A program made the position numbers and the translations under genes. From Selaginella moellendorffii (lineage: Eukaryota > Plantae > Lycopodiophyta), in assembly GCF_000143415.4 (NCBI RefSeq), contig NW_003314286.1, positions 1,797,718 through 1,861,717 of the forward strand: a stretch of DNA of 64,000 nucleotides, given 5' to 3'. The notes beneath the pieces were generated by a model. The model searched no databases. It was not told where the DNA came from and saw only the letters and a program-made list of their open reading frames with translations. Positions 52,512 through 64,000 of the stretch are shown here, piece by piece (the first letter of the stretch is position 1; each line of letters opens with the position of its first letter).

Positions 52512-55438
52512 ATGGCGACGGGCGATGGCGATGGCGATGGCGGTGGAAGTGACAATGCGAACGAGGTGGTGTAGTTTTTTCTTAGACACCTCGGACTGGG
52601 CGACGAGCTGGGAGGTGATGGCTCCTCCGCAAAGCAGTGTGACAGCGGGTGATTTCTTGCCAAGGACAGGGCTTTGATTTCTCTTGCACCAAGACGGCAA
52701 TGGTCACGAGAAGCTTGTGAGAGATCTCCTCTGGAGGGCAAGAAAGCGTAGCAAGCATGCAGGGAGCTAAGCCGGGGAGCCGCAAGGAGGTGGAAAGGGA
52801 GAGGCGGAAAAGCTTGGCGTTGGATAGAAGGAAGACCGCGGCCATTAATCAGGGAAGCACAAGTGGAGCCGTAAAGAATTTCGGTCACAGCAGTACGCTC
52901 ACGCCACGGACTCTGGTGAAGCGATCCCACCACAAGGAGCACGTCTTGAATGTGAGCGGCCTTCTTTTTCTTCCGCGAAAGCTACCACAGTATACTTTTC
53001 TTCCATCGCTCGCAGCTTGTGGTGGTGGTAATGGCGGTTGCTTTTCTAGATCCTTGCCGAGAAGAACTTGAGGATCGGAGCCTTCGGGAAGGTTGAGACG
53101 CAGGAGGATCAGCCGGCATGGAAAGCTCGGCCCAACGCACAGCAAAGCCCGCAAGTTCTAAACTTGAAGAAGAGGATGGAGCAGAGGAAGAGGCATATGA
53201 CGCAGTACACGAAGAACAACACATTTGTGGACATCTTCAAGGTGGTATCTTTTCTAGTTTTTCTTTCGATTTTTTTTTTGCTTTTGTTATGTCGTGTTTA
53301 GATTCCATGCCTTCTCTAATCAAAACTCTTACCGTGCAGGACACTGAGGACCGCCGAACACCGCCAGCGACGGCAGGAATTGTTGTTGCCGGTACAATCG
53401 AGCTGGTTGCTCGTCAGGTTATTGAGAAGCACGCAGAGATCCAACACAGGTAAGCAAGCGCACACCTAAACTTCCAGAGTTAGATTGATATGCCTCGCTG
53501 AGAGTTATCCAACAGCGATGCGTGCTTGAGAGAAAGCGACCAAAACACATTTTTCTTCGTTTTTTTTTTCTTTTTCTTGTATTTTTTATTTCTCTCTTTT
53601 TACGCTTGTGTGCGCAGTGGGTGAATGCAACTTGCATTGATGACTATCATCGTACTTGAGTGTGCAGAGAAAAGAAAGGAGTCTGGGCCCAATTAGGAAA
53701 GCCTTATGCGTGCTTTGGCTTACCAGCTTCGGCCATACCGAAGGACTGTCCAATGCCAGCCGGGGCTCCACCTGGTGAAATGTATCCTTTCTTTGGACAC
53801 GCTCAGAAGCCGCAACTGTTAGAAGTCGGACAAGACGTTACAAAGTTTAGAAGAAAGCGTGCTCAACCTGTCACACGGGAAAGCTTAAACATGCAGGGCA
53901 TGCTGATAAAGCTGGGCCTGCAAGGTAGGACTACTGATACTACTCACCTTTGTCACCCGTTTGCCTGTGATCTGATCCTACAAATTCTTTTCCTGAGTGA
54001 TTTGCATGTTTTGTACAGACTAATGGACGGCGTTTGTTTTCATCAGCGTGTTCTCATATTTTCTGTAGGCAGTACAAAATTCCCAAGGGCACCTCTTGTC
54101 GAGGCAAATGACTTGAAGACGGCTGTGAAGTACGGTGGTGCTTGCTACACACTTGGGAGGTCCGTGCCTTCTTCAAAGCGTTCCAATTTTGACGGTATGT
54201 ACTTCAGTGCCTGGCCTGTTTCTTTTTTCAGAACTTCTTCTTTGCAGGAAGAAGCAGGCTTTCCTTTGATCTAACTGAGCTGTTTGAAAGGTAAGATAAT
54301 AGTATACATCTGGATTGATGTGCTGTGGCTCCTAATTCTCAGTTGGCGGAGCATATCTGGTGGATCACAGGTATGGCCCTTTCATAGTTTTTTACATGAC
54401 TTGTAGCTGACTCCGACAAGGTCTATAGAGTGTTTTGGATATGGATTTTAGTAACGTGCCGCCGCCACGAATGCCTGGTGTGAGCTTGCCGCAGCTGGCG
54501 AAGTCACCCGCACCTCAACTTGAGCGTCCAAGCACCAGTGCTGGAGAACAGTCTTCGCATAGTCTGGTATTTTATTGTATGCTAAAGATTCCTGCGTCAT
54601 AGATGTTTTGTCTTCCCTGCGCAGCTATATGGCTGGAAGAAAGGTTTTGCTGATACGAGGAAAAGGCTGCAAGACAAGCTTACACAGCGGCTAATGAATA
54701 GAACAGTTCGGCGAAGGCATTTTAGATCGTGTTCCCCTTCTACAGCAGAGGTATCCTGTTTGTTTTATTGACAATGCCGAAGTAGTTTCTCCTTTTTGAA
54801 GATTTCCATCAAGCTTTTGGAACACTTAGAGGAACGGGGTGGTGGTTCTAAAACTCCACTACAGACAGGACACATCTGGTCAGCATCACTCTCAGAGAGA
54901 TCTGATTCCTGACAAATCAGGTGGCAATGCAGGAAGGGTGTCGAAGATAAACAGAGAGAGATGGACGCGTCGGCTGTAGATCCGGAAGTGGAAGCTATCA
55001 GCAAGTTCTACGAGCGTGTGTGCATGTTTGTCAACAACCAGAAGATGGATGATCCACTTATGGACATGCTTGTCAGCCATCTTAAAGAGTAAGTCGGCAT
55101 CGCTGTTTGATTGGGATTATTTTTCTTGTCCCTGTGTTTTATTCTAGACTGTTGGAAGAAGGCTACAAGCTGCAAAAGAATCTACTCATAGCTCTCTGCG
55201 AACGCTTGTCGAAGTTACAAGGTACTTTGTGCTTGGTCGGGTTTAACTTCTGTTCTTTTTCTTTCCAGATCACGTCGAGGCTACCGGGAGAATGACATGC
55301 TTGATGCCTATTCTCAACTTCATCTGCAAGGAGCTTCACCTCACGTCCGTGGAATTCAACTCCATTCTTGGCAGATTTGGCCTGGATTGGTACAACACTT
55401 TCACCAGGCCATCTCTCTCGGGGACACCAGCTCCATAG
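52512..55438 (+). CDS. Uncharacterised multi-exon gene (boundaries approximate)
   Basis: Chain of phase-compatible GT-AG exons (e.g. ILAEKNLRIG...TFVDIFK|DTEDRRTPP...EIQHR|EKKGVWAQLGKPY...; VEAISKFYERVCMFVNNQ...LKE|LLEEGYKL...|DHVE...PAP*). Telobox-like TAGGGTTAGGG just before the ATG at 52512. No family recognised. Confidence 0.55.
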
Positions 55439-55775
55439 AGTTCTTCCGCTCAACGCAAACTCATTGCAGTGAACTTTAAGAGCGTCTGGATGTAAGTCCG
55501 ACTCTATCATTCCCACCTTTCTCACCTTTCTTTTCTCGTTGGCTTGCAGAAATCAAAGGGAGGTGCCAAACCGTGCTGGCAAAAGTGTCCGCTTTAATTT
55601 GGAGAGGTAACATTATTTCCGTGGGATACAGAACGTCGGCTGGACTCACGAGAAACTCAATTCGTGGTCGGCGACTCTGGCCTTTGCATTTCGTATTTAA
55701 GCCTAACATTCTTTCCGTTCACTCCACTCATTCTTTCTTTTGTTTCCTTCGTCCTTTTTAAAACCGCTATAGATC

Positions 55776-56096
55776 ATGGCCGCAGCACGATCGACACTGG
55801 CAGCGCCACTTCTCATCCTCCTCCTGCTAGCTCTGGATCATCCGGCTCAAGCGAGAACCTCTCAAGGCAGTTGCAACTCAGTCCTGGGGACGCTGGGCCC
55901 GTGCTTGACGTCCGTGCTTGGTTCCAAGCCGCCAGCTCCATCGCGAGCGTGCTGTGCGGCTGTTCACGCCGTCGCCCCGCGGCTGGTGTGCCGCTGCTTG
56001 CTGGGCGTGGCAAGAAAACTCAAGGGCGTCAACTTTAGCGCGGCTCGATCCATTCCGAGCAAGTGCCATGCCTCAGCCAGCTTCAAGTGTATATGA
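55776..56096 (+). CDS. Non-specific lipid transfer protein (8-cysteine motif)
   Basis: Signal peptide, then C-x9-C-x15-CC-x11-CxC-x22-C-x7-C pattern (SCNSVLGTLGPC...ACCAAV...CRCL...IPSKC...KCI). Confidence 0.9.
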   Translation: MAAARSTLAAPLLILLLLALDHPAQARTSQGSCNSVLGTLGPCLTSVLGSKPPAPSRACCAAVHAVAPRLVCRCLLGVARKLKGVNFSAARSIPSKCHASASFKCI

Positions 56097-56207
56097 TGTG
56101 GTTCTCTTGTTCATGATCGAATAAAAGGATATCCCTACCTTTTTCTACCCTTTTTGTGTATTTAAAATACTGAATGATAGGGTTCATAGAGAAAGCTTGC
56201 GAAAAGA

Positions 56208-57071
56208 ATGAGGGTGTTCCCTGGATTCCCTGTTGCCCAACGAGTAATCGCCGCTAGCAACTCGATTGATTTGCCCTACCACCTCCGGCCCCTAAAGCTC
56301 GGCTGCCGCGCTCTCCCCCAGCCCGTGGAAAACGAAAAGTTTGCCGTGGACGTGGACGCGAGCTTTGCATGGGACTCGGGCATTGTCGTACAGGAGCGCG
56401 GAGCTTGCGTACGGAGGAGAGCCTTCCTGATGGACTTGGACGACGAGGTGTTGTTGTGGAGGCAAGTCCCGCCGTTGGATTTCCCCAGCGTGGAGTCGGC
56501 CGCGACATGCAACGGTCGGATCTACGCCCTGGCCAGCGGCGCCGTACACGCGTACGACGGGGTGGCGTGGCGGCGGCTCGAGGAGCTCGGCGCCGGGTGC
56601 ATGGAGATGTTTAGCGTACGAAACCGGCAGCTGGTCGGGGCCTTTGTGTACGGAGGCCCGAGGTTGGAGCTCCGGGCGCTGGATCCGGTGACCCAAAGGT
56701 GGTCGCGGGGCTTTGGATCCGATCATGGTTTGGAGGGCTCTTGCCTAGCCAGAGACAAGTTCAGGAAGCCGATGGTGGCGGCGATTGGAGACGCGATTGT
56801 GATGACCCGGTGGGTTTCTGGCGATGGCGGCGCGACGAAGAATAGATTTTATGCGTGGGATGGATCGAAATCGGCGTGGCAAGGGATGGGCGGAGATGGG
56901 GACTACATGATCGAGGGCGTTTGCACCCAAATTGCCCCGGCAAATGCAAGTGAAGTATATGTTTCCAGCCTGACGAAGGGCGTGATCGATAATAGGTCTG
57001 TTTACAAGGGTATGGTAAGGTGGCAGAGCTGGGAGATATGGTGGGAGCTGGTAAATAGTTGTGCCTTCTAA
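56208..57071 (+). CDS. Intronless 287-aa protein, possibly a degenerate kelch/beta-propeller
   Basis: Long clean ORF with W-R-x-V-P-P-L...CNGRIYALASG...YDGVAWRRL and LDPVTQRW kelch-like strands. Confidence 0.5.
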   Translation: MRVFPGFPVAQRVIAASNSIDLPYHLRPLKLGCRALPQPVENEKFAVDVDASFAWDSGIVVQERGACVRRRAFLMDLDDEVLLWRQVPPLDFPSVESAATCNGRIYALASGAVHAYDGVAWRRLEELGAGCMEMFSVRNRQLVGAFVYGGPRLELRALDPVTQRWSRGFGSDHGLEGSCLARDKFRKPMVAAIGDAIVMTRWVSGDGGATKNRFYAWDGSKSAWQGMGGDGDYMIEGVCTQIAPANASEVYVSSLTKGVIDNRSVYKGMVRWQSWEIWWELVNSCAF

Positions 57072-57242
57072 AGTAAACATATTTCAGTGTAAAAAGATAA
57101 AAAGGTAATCTCTCAGCCGTAAGAAAATGCTTGCATTGTAAATAATAAAGGTAGGGTAAAAATCATAAAGGTTTTATAAGGCGTAAACACCAAGGCATTG
57201 GAGTTGCTTTTTAGGGCTTGTGAGCAGTGCGACAGGAGAGCG

Positions 57243-59260
57243 ATGAGCGCCATGGAGGAGGACAAGGCGACGACGACCGCGAGCGAGGCTTCGTCCTCCA
57301 AGGCCGGCGCTGGCATCGATTACGCGGCGCTGGAGAGGGATATCAGCTCGCAGCGGGCAGTCGCGCTCCAGGTAATGCGATCTAGGGCTTGCCGGAGCAC
57401 GGCTCACCGCGGATTCTCTCCTGGCTCGTGGCTTGTCGTGGCAGGATGGGAAGCTCAATGCCGCCATTGAGTCGCTGCTCAATCTGGAGAAGGGAATGAG
57501 ACTCGCCGCGGATGTTCCTGGCACGCGCAAGGTCGTTGTGGCGATTGTGGAGCTCTGCTTCGAGACGAATTCTTGGAAGACGCTCAATGACCAGATTATG
57601 CTACTGTCCAAGCGCCGGGGCCAGCTCAAACAAGTGAGTTCCTTCTTGCGAGAGAATTTTCCAAGTGACTACCAATTTTTTCTTTCCCAGGCTGTGACGT
57701 CGATGGTCCAACAAGCAATGCAGTACCTCGACAAGGCTCCTGACCAGGAAACGGAGGTGGAGCTCATCAAGACTCTGAACCTGGTGTGCGCTGGAAAGGT
57801 TTGTAGTGAACAAGATTGCAAGCTATGAGTTGCTACTTAGATCACTTTGTCCAGATCTATGTGGAGATAGAGAGAGCCAGATTGATTCGAAGACTGGCGA
57901 CAATTAAAGAAGGCCAAGGACTGATTGCTGAGGCGGCAGAGCTGATGCAGGAAGTAGCGGTAAGCACATTCCAGCAAAGATCATGTCTGGTCTGGTTAAC
58001 CTGTTTGAAATTTAGGTGGAGACTTTTGGGGCAATGGCCAAAACGGAGAAGATAGCTTTCATACTGGAACAGGTAACAGCTCTCTTTCCATTTCTCTTTT
58101 CAGAAAAGAAAGAACTGACTATGCTGTATTTCAGATCAGGCTCTGTCTAGCCAAGCACGACTACATGCGGGCCCAAATACTTTCCAGAAAGATCAACCCT
58201 CGAGTGTTTGTTGCTGACTCGAAAGAAAAGAAGAAGAAAGAAGGAGACAACATCGTGGAGGAAGCCCCTGCTGACGTTCCCTCACTCCTGCAGTTGAAAA
58301 GAATGTACTACGAGCTAATGATTACGTGAGTACCACTATGTTTGTAACTCCTTTGGAATCTAATTTTTCTTGCTTGTAGGTTTTACTCACACAGCAACGA
58401 CTACTTGGAAATTTGCCGATGCTATCAAAACATCTACGATACTCCCTCTGTGAAAGAGAATCCGTCAGATTGGATGCCCGTAAGTGTAGTAATGGACTTT
58501 GGATTTTCTGCGCTAACGTTTTTTATGAACAGGCTTTGAGAAAGATATGTTGGTACCTGGTGTTGTCACCACATGATTCCATGCAATCTAGCTTGTTACA
58601 CGCCACTCTCGAGGACAAGAAGCTAACTGATCTTCCTCAATTTCGGTACGCCTCCCATCCGGCACTTAAAAGTTTTCATACTGTAGTTCCTCAGGTCTCT
58701 GCTGGAGAGTTTCGTGACCATGGAAGTTGTGAGCTGGGACCAGTTTTGGACCACTTACAAAAGTGAATTCGAGCTCGAGGCGACACTTCCGGGGGGCAAA
58801 CTGGTGGACAAAGCATTGGAGGATCTCCGGCGTCGAGTAATCGAGCACGTAAGCGTCTAGCTTCCTCTCAGCTTTGTTTCTAACAAAAGTTTTGTGCAGA
58901 ACATACTAGTTGTGTCGAAATACTACGCGAGAATCACCCTGACGCGGCTATCTCAGCTCCTGTGCTTGCCACTTGAGGTGAGCTTTGTGCTGCTAGGCTC
59001 AATCTCTGTCTCATCAATCTCGCTTTGTTTCGCTTCTTTAGGAGACGGAGACGTGCTTGTCGGAGATGGTAGTGTCGAAAGCTCTGGTTGCCAAAGTGGA
59101 TCGGCCCGCGGGGATCATCTCTTTCCAGATGAACAGAGAAGGGAACGACGTGCTCAACTCGTGGGCCATCAACATCGAGAAGCTGCTGGATTCGGTGGAG
59201 AAGAGCTGCCACAAGATTCACAAGGAGACGATGGTACACAAAGTGAGCTTGAAGGCTTAA
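57243..59260 (+). CDS. RPN5: 26S proteasome lid subunit RPN5 (PSMD12), multi-exon
   Basis: [99 protein letters not shown]. Confidence 0.96.
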
Positions 59261-59403
59261 AGAGAGACGTTTGTGTTCTCGAAATTTTTCATAACTAAAC
59301 GAATGTTCTTGCTAATAAAAGGAGCCCTAGAGTATGAGCAAAAAGAATTAGAGATTGTCCTTGCTAAAGCTCGAGTGTGAAGACCATCCTAGTTCTTTTA
59401 GGG

Positions 59404-61301
59404 ATGCTGGCGGTAAGATTGAGGTGGCTCGTGATCTTGGCGCTATGGCTCGACCAGGTAAACGCAATGCATTTCTTAGCTCCGACCGTGGCTGTGGTTC
59501 CCTGAAAATGATAGGCCGCTTCCATGGAGAGCATTGCGACCCCAAATTTTACACTCTACTACCCGAGGTTCTCTCAACTCGAGTGAAAGATGAATGTGGT
59601 TTTTGTGGTTATCGTCTTGCTTGCAGTGCTGCGCTCTTGAGAGAACTGGATGCTTTGGTGGCTCGCCATCCTTCGACAATGAGTGTAGGTACTTCTCTCT
59701 CGCTTGTCGAAGCTCTACTTTTGCTACTACTGTGAGAACTTATTTAATCTTATGTCGGCATTTGATTCTAAGTTGGAGGGGATCCAAGCGGATGCCTCCG
59801 ACGGCTACAAAGCAGAGATTCGAGTTGTCACAGTGGCTGACAGCGTTCAAGCATCGTCTTTCGACGATCGTGTGCGCATCTTTCTAGTAAGTAGCAATGA
59901 AATATCTTGCTGATTGTCAATAACTATCGAAGATCTAGAATTTTGGTCAGCATGGAAGGGAGCTGATCACGTCGGAGGTTGCTCTGCGGCTGCTGCGAAT
60001 TTTGAGCAGGGAGGACAAATCTGCAAGTAAGAAACATATAGATCGCATTCTTTCCAGAGCTGTGTTCAAGGTGAATTCACGTTTTTTTCTTTGTTTCATT
60101 TTCTTGCCGGTAACTCGAGGTCGAGGTTTCACATCTTGTTTTACTCGTCCAGATTGTCCCGATGGAAAATGTTAATGGACGGCAAACTGTGGAGAACGGA
60201 AGCCTCTGCGAAAGAAGAAACGGTACGCGTTTAATAGCTTGTAGCCCAGGAGCAAAAGACTTATTACTTGTTTCTAGGCAGGGGTGTTGATACAAATCGA
60301 AACTGGAAAGTGAACTGGGGAGTGAAAGAAAAGGTGACTAACTCTCTGTTTCTCAAGCTTGCTTGTGCCGGACGAAGGCATTTTTCTTCGCAGGATTACG
60401 ACCCAACCGAGGAGTTCCCGGGAACAGCTCCATTTAGCGAGCCAGAAACACGGATACTTCGAGACATTGCTCTGCGTTTTAAGCCTCATCTCTGGGTGAA
60501 CGTTCACTCGGGGATGCAGGTAAGGATCCTCCAAGGAAAAACATTGCGGACTCTCAAAAAAGTTTTTCCTTTTCCTTTCTTCCAGGCTTTGTTCATGCCT
60601 TACGATCATAAGAACGCGACGCCGGGCTATCAGGCAGCTGCAAGAATGAGCTTCTTGTTACAAACTCTAAACGCTCTACATTGCAACGGGAACTGCACAG
60701 TGGGCTCTGGAGGTGGTGCCGTCGGGTGAGGCTCGACCTTTTCTTTCTTTTCAAAGATTTGTTCTTGATCTCTGGATGAATTTGCTCGCTCAGATACTTT
60801 GCACACGGAACTGCGACTGACTACATGTACGATGTATTGAAAGTGCCAAGCGCATTCACGTTTGAGGTAGACAATTCTCAACTCAAGTTGATCCATTTTC
60901 ACGCTCTTCTTTTTGTCAGATTTACGGGGACGTGCATGCCAACCGCGACGATTGTTTTAGAATGTTCAATCCCACAACACCAGGCGCGTTTGAGGTAGCA
61001 TACTACTCTCGTTTCTCTTTTCATATAACAAAGGCAAAACTTACAGAGCGTCGTCACGAGATGGTCTCTAGCATTCGTGACACTCGCGTTTAATCTCAGC
61101 AGCATGCCAAGCAAGGCCCTTGGAAGAAGCCGCAAGGTTGGAAGAACTCTGTGGGATTCCACCAGAGATGACGCGCAGAATCCGATTGTGTCAAGGGAGC
61201 TCCGCTTCTATTTACTTGCAACTGGCCTCATCCTGTGCTGCGTTTGTTACAAGCTAGTTAGTCGTCTGTGCCATTGCAGTCCGCTTAAATCACTAACCTG
61301 A
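59404..61301 (+). CDS. Zinc carboxypeptidase, M14 family (At5g42320-like), signal peptide and C-terminal TM, multi-exon
   Basis: NFGQHGRELITSE (HxxE Zn motif), ERRNGRGVDTNRNW, PGTAPFSEPET, VNVHSGM, HGTATDYMY...FTFEIYG. Confidence 0.9.
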
Positions 61302-61861
61302 TACCAATTCTTCGCAATACTCGTGTTGTCTACGCAAAGCTCGAGGAGTCAAAGATGGACGATAGTCTTTAGTTCTATCACTTGTTTGAATACCTGCCGC
61401 AAGACAACACAAAGCAAACAGTGTGTGAGCCACAAGCTTGGAGCATGGCGAGAAAACAAATCTCACACCTGGGCTGCGAGTACACAGTGGTGAGTTTGGT
61501 GGGAAAAGCCTCAGTCCTCGGCCGTGCCGTTCGCCTGGAGCACCTAATCAAAACTAATACTTTACCACACAAGAAAAAGTAAAGGAAGAACAACATCGAA
61601 AAGTCTCACCTTTTCCAAGTGTTGGCCTCATAAAATGAATTTCACCCTCCACACCCACCGCGAGCAATTGCACGTCGATCGATTCTTTAAACCTCGTCGC
61701 GAAATCCCACTCCAGCGCGAGGTAGCCGATGGGATTCCAGGCAGCTACCTGAGCAGTCACAGCCATTTAGAACCAAAACAATCAGGCCCTGGCTGTCTAT
61801 AAGATTGGTCCATACCTCTCGCTGACGCTAGAGACATCTCTCCACATCGCGCCCCGGGAAA

Positions 61862-63492
61862 ATGGAGAATCTCCCACTCACGACCATCTTCAGCAGCTTC
61901 TTCACTGGGATCCGCTACCATCTCCAGCCATTCCCACTCGTCTCCAAATGCAAGAACCAGGCCAGGACGCACCACTCGATCGTCTCCAATTTCCTGGGCA
62001 CGCTTGTTCTGGAGAAGAGCCCGTTCCCGTTCTTCATGCTCGTAGCTTTCGAGGCCGGAGGCTTCATACGAGCCCTCCTCCTGCTCCTGCTCTTTCCGCT
62101 CGTCTTCTTCCTCAGTCACTTCTTGTCGGCTGGATCGTCCGTGAAGCTCATGATCTTCGTCACCTTCGCTGGCCTTAAGCTTTCCGACATCGAGCTCATT
62201 TCCCTGGGAGTGCTCTCCAAGTTCTACGGCGACAGGATCCGCGCCAGCAGCTACACAGTCTTCACGTCGTTTGGATTCCGCTGCATTGTCACGGAGTTGC
62301 CCCGGATCATGGTGGAGCCGTTTGCAAAACGCTACCTTGGAGCGGACATGATAGTAGGAACCGGAATCACGAGCTTCAGAGGCAGAGCTACGGGGCTTTG
62401 CGACTCGCATGGCGTCCTGGTCGGCGAAAAGAAGCTGGATGGCTTGACGAGAGCGCTCAAGGATATGGCTACTCCCAATGTAGGACTCGGCGATTCTCCT
62501 GCTGACTATCCCTTCATGGGCTTTTGCGAGGTGAGTAGTTTTTCTTCCTCCCAAAGATCTGGAAAAGTCTCCTTCCTTGCTGTGCTGTTTGCTGCCAGGA
62601 ATCGTATCTAGTGCCGCTGGAAAACTCCACTGCTCTCCCACAGGACAAGCTCGCGTCACCAGTCATCTTCCACGACGGCCGGCTCGTCAAGCTTCCAACT
62701 CCGATCAACATGCTCCTCACATTCCTGTGGTTACCGATCGGATTCCCGCTGGCGCTCATCCGGATGGCCGCCGGATCACTGCTCCCAATGCACGCCGTCT
62801 ACCACGCATTCCTCCTGCTGGGCGTCCGCATCATCATCAGAGGCAAAATCCCATCCTCCAGAAAGTCCGCGATCGATCAGCAGCCCGGTGATCACGGCGT
62901 GATGTTTGTCTGCACTCACCGATCACTGCTCGACCCGATCTTCCTGTCCGCCGCGCTGGGCCGCCCAGTCACCGCCGTCACATACTCCATCTCCCGCCTC
63001 TCGGAGCTCCTGAGCCCTATCCCGACCGCGCGGCTGACCCGGGATCGAACCCGCGACGCGGCCAACATCCGCGAGCTGCTTCGAACCGGCGACCTGGCCG
63101 TGTGCCCAGAGGGCACCACGTGTCGCACGCCCTACCTCCTACGATTCAGCGCCCTGTTTGCCGAGCTGACGGACAGGATCGTCCCGGTGGCCATGGAGGC
63201 GGGAGTTTCGAATTTTCATGGCTCCGCCGCCAGGACCTGGAAGGGCGCCGATCCATTCTACTTCTTCATGAATCCCTCGCCCAGCTACACGGTGACGTTC
63301 CTGGATCAGATCCCCACCGAGAAGACGTGCGCTGGGGGTGGATTCCCCGCGCACGACGTCGCGAATTACATCCAGGGATTGCTCGCGGCGGCGCTGCGAT
63401 TCCAATGCACGAGCCTGACGAGGAGAGACAAGTATCGAGCACTCACCGGCACGGATGGGATCGTCACAGCGGCGCCAAGCGCCATAGCCTAG
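61862..63492 (+). CDS. GPAT: Land-plant sn-2 glycerol-3-phosphate acyltransferase (cutin/suberin GPAT family); exons 61862-62530, 62599-63492
   Basis: [90 protein letters not shown]. Confidence 0.95.
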
Positions 63493-64000
63493 GGCTGAGA
63501 CCCACACAGGTCGGGGGTTCGAATCTATCTCACGCGCGCTTTCTTTTTGCGCCATGATGTAACGAAGTGGCACTTTGTGCTGTCTGGACGGATTCGAACC
63601 TGGGACCCCCGCGTGTCAGTGATAGTGATTTGACGTGGAGGGAAAGCTTTGTTTGCCAGTGAGAATAGCTATAGTGGACGATGAAGACGATGAGACACAC
63701 ACACACCGGACTGGAATGGCCATCACATCCAAGAACCCTAAAACTGGCTGACTGACTGGACTGACCATGGAAGGAGAAATTTGAGAGAGAAGGAAGGCAC
63801 GCCCAGCGCAGCGGCATTGTCTCGATCACCACCGATGTGGGTTTGTTCTGCTTTAGGTGGAAATCTTGCGAGAAATCGCTGGATTGAGAAAACTAAAATC
63901 TCACGAGTAATCAATCACAAGAAGAAAGCTTTTTGTCTAGATTCATTCGTTTCTTCGCCGATCGATCGATCTCACATCGCTAACACACTCGAAAAGAAAG

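Overview
Gene-dense eukaryotic (land-plant) nuclear DNA with very short (~50-100 nt) spliceosomal introns. The style (tiny introns and intergenic gaps, PLS-class PPR gene) suggests the lycophyte Selaginella; this is inference only. About 27 protein genes were reconstructed by splicing the ORF track by hand: YUCCA, DnaJ, SGT1, QCR10-like, PPR, a LEA/SMP gene plus a degenerate tandem copy, an HLIP-like thylakoid protein, plastid RF1 (APG3), XLG-N-like, KIN17, a conserved membrane protein, ClpT, STUbL RING, HEC-type bHLH, EBS7, a TPVRRS-type membrane protein, VPS16, RPL26, SAUR, DUF72, RGLG, a trihelix fusion protein, an unknown multi-exon gene, nsLTP, kelch-like, RPN5, M14 carboxypeptidase and GPAT. 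There is also one tRNA-Trp and a 138-bp tandem repeat. The standout is 49517-51937: a plant trihelix transcription factor fused in-frame, within one exon, to a complete bacterial-type isocyanide hydratase (InhA-clade DJ-1/PfpI) domain with catalytic Asp/Cys-Thr intact, i.e. a candidate one-component enzyme-sensor transcription factor in a plant. A second prokaryote-type gene (DUF72, now with introns and an NLS-like first exon) lies about 5 kb upstream. All family assignments are from recalled motifs, not database searches.
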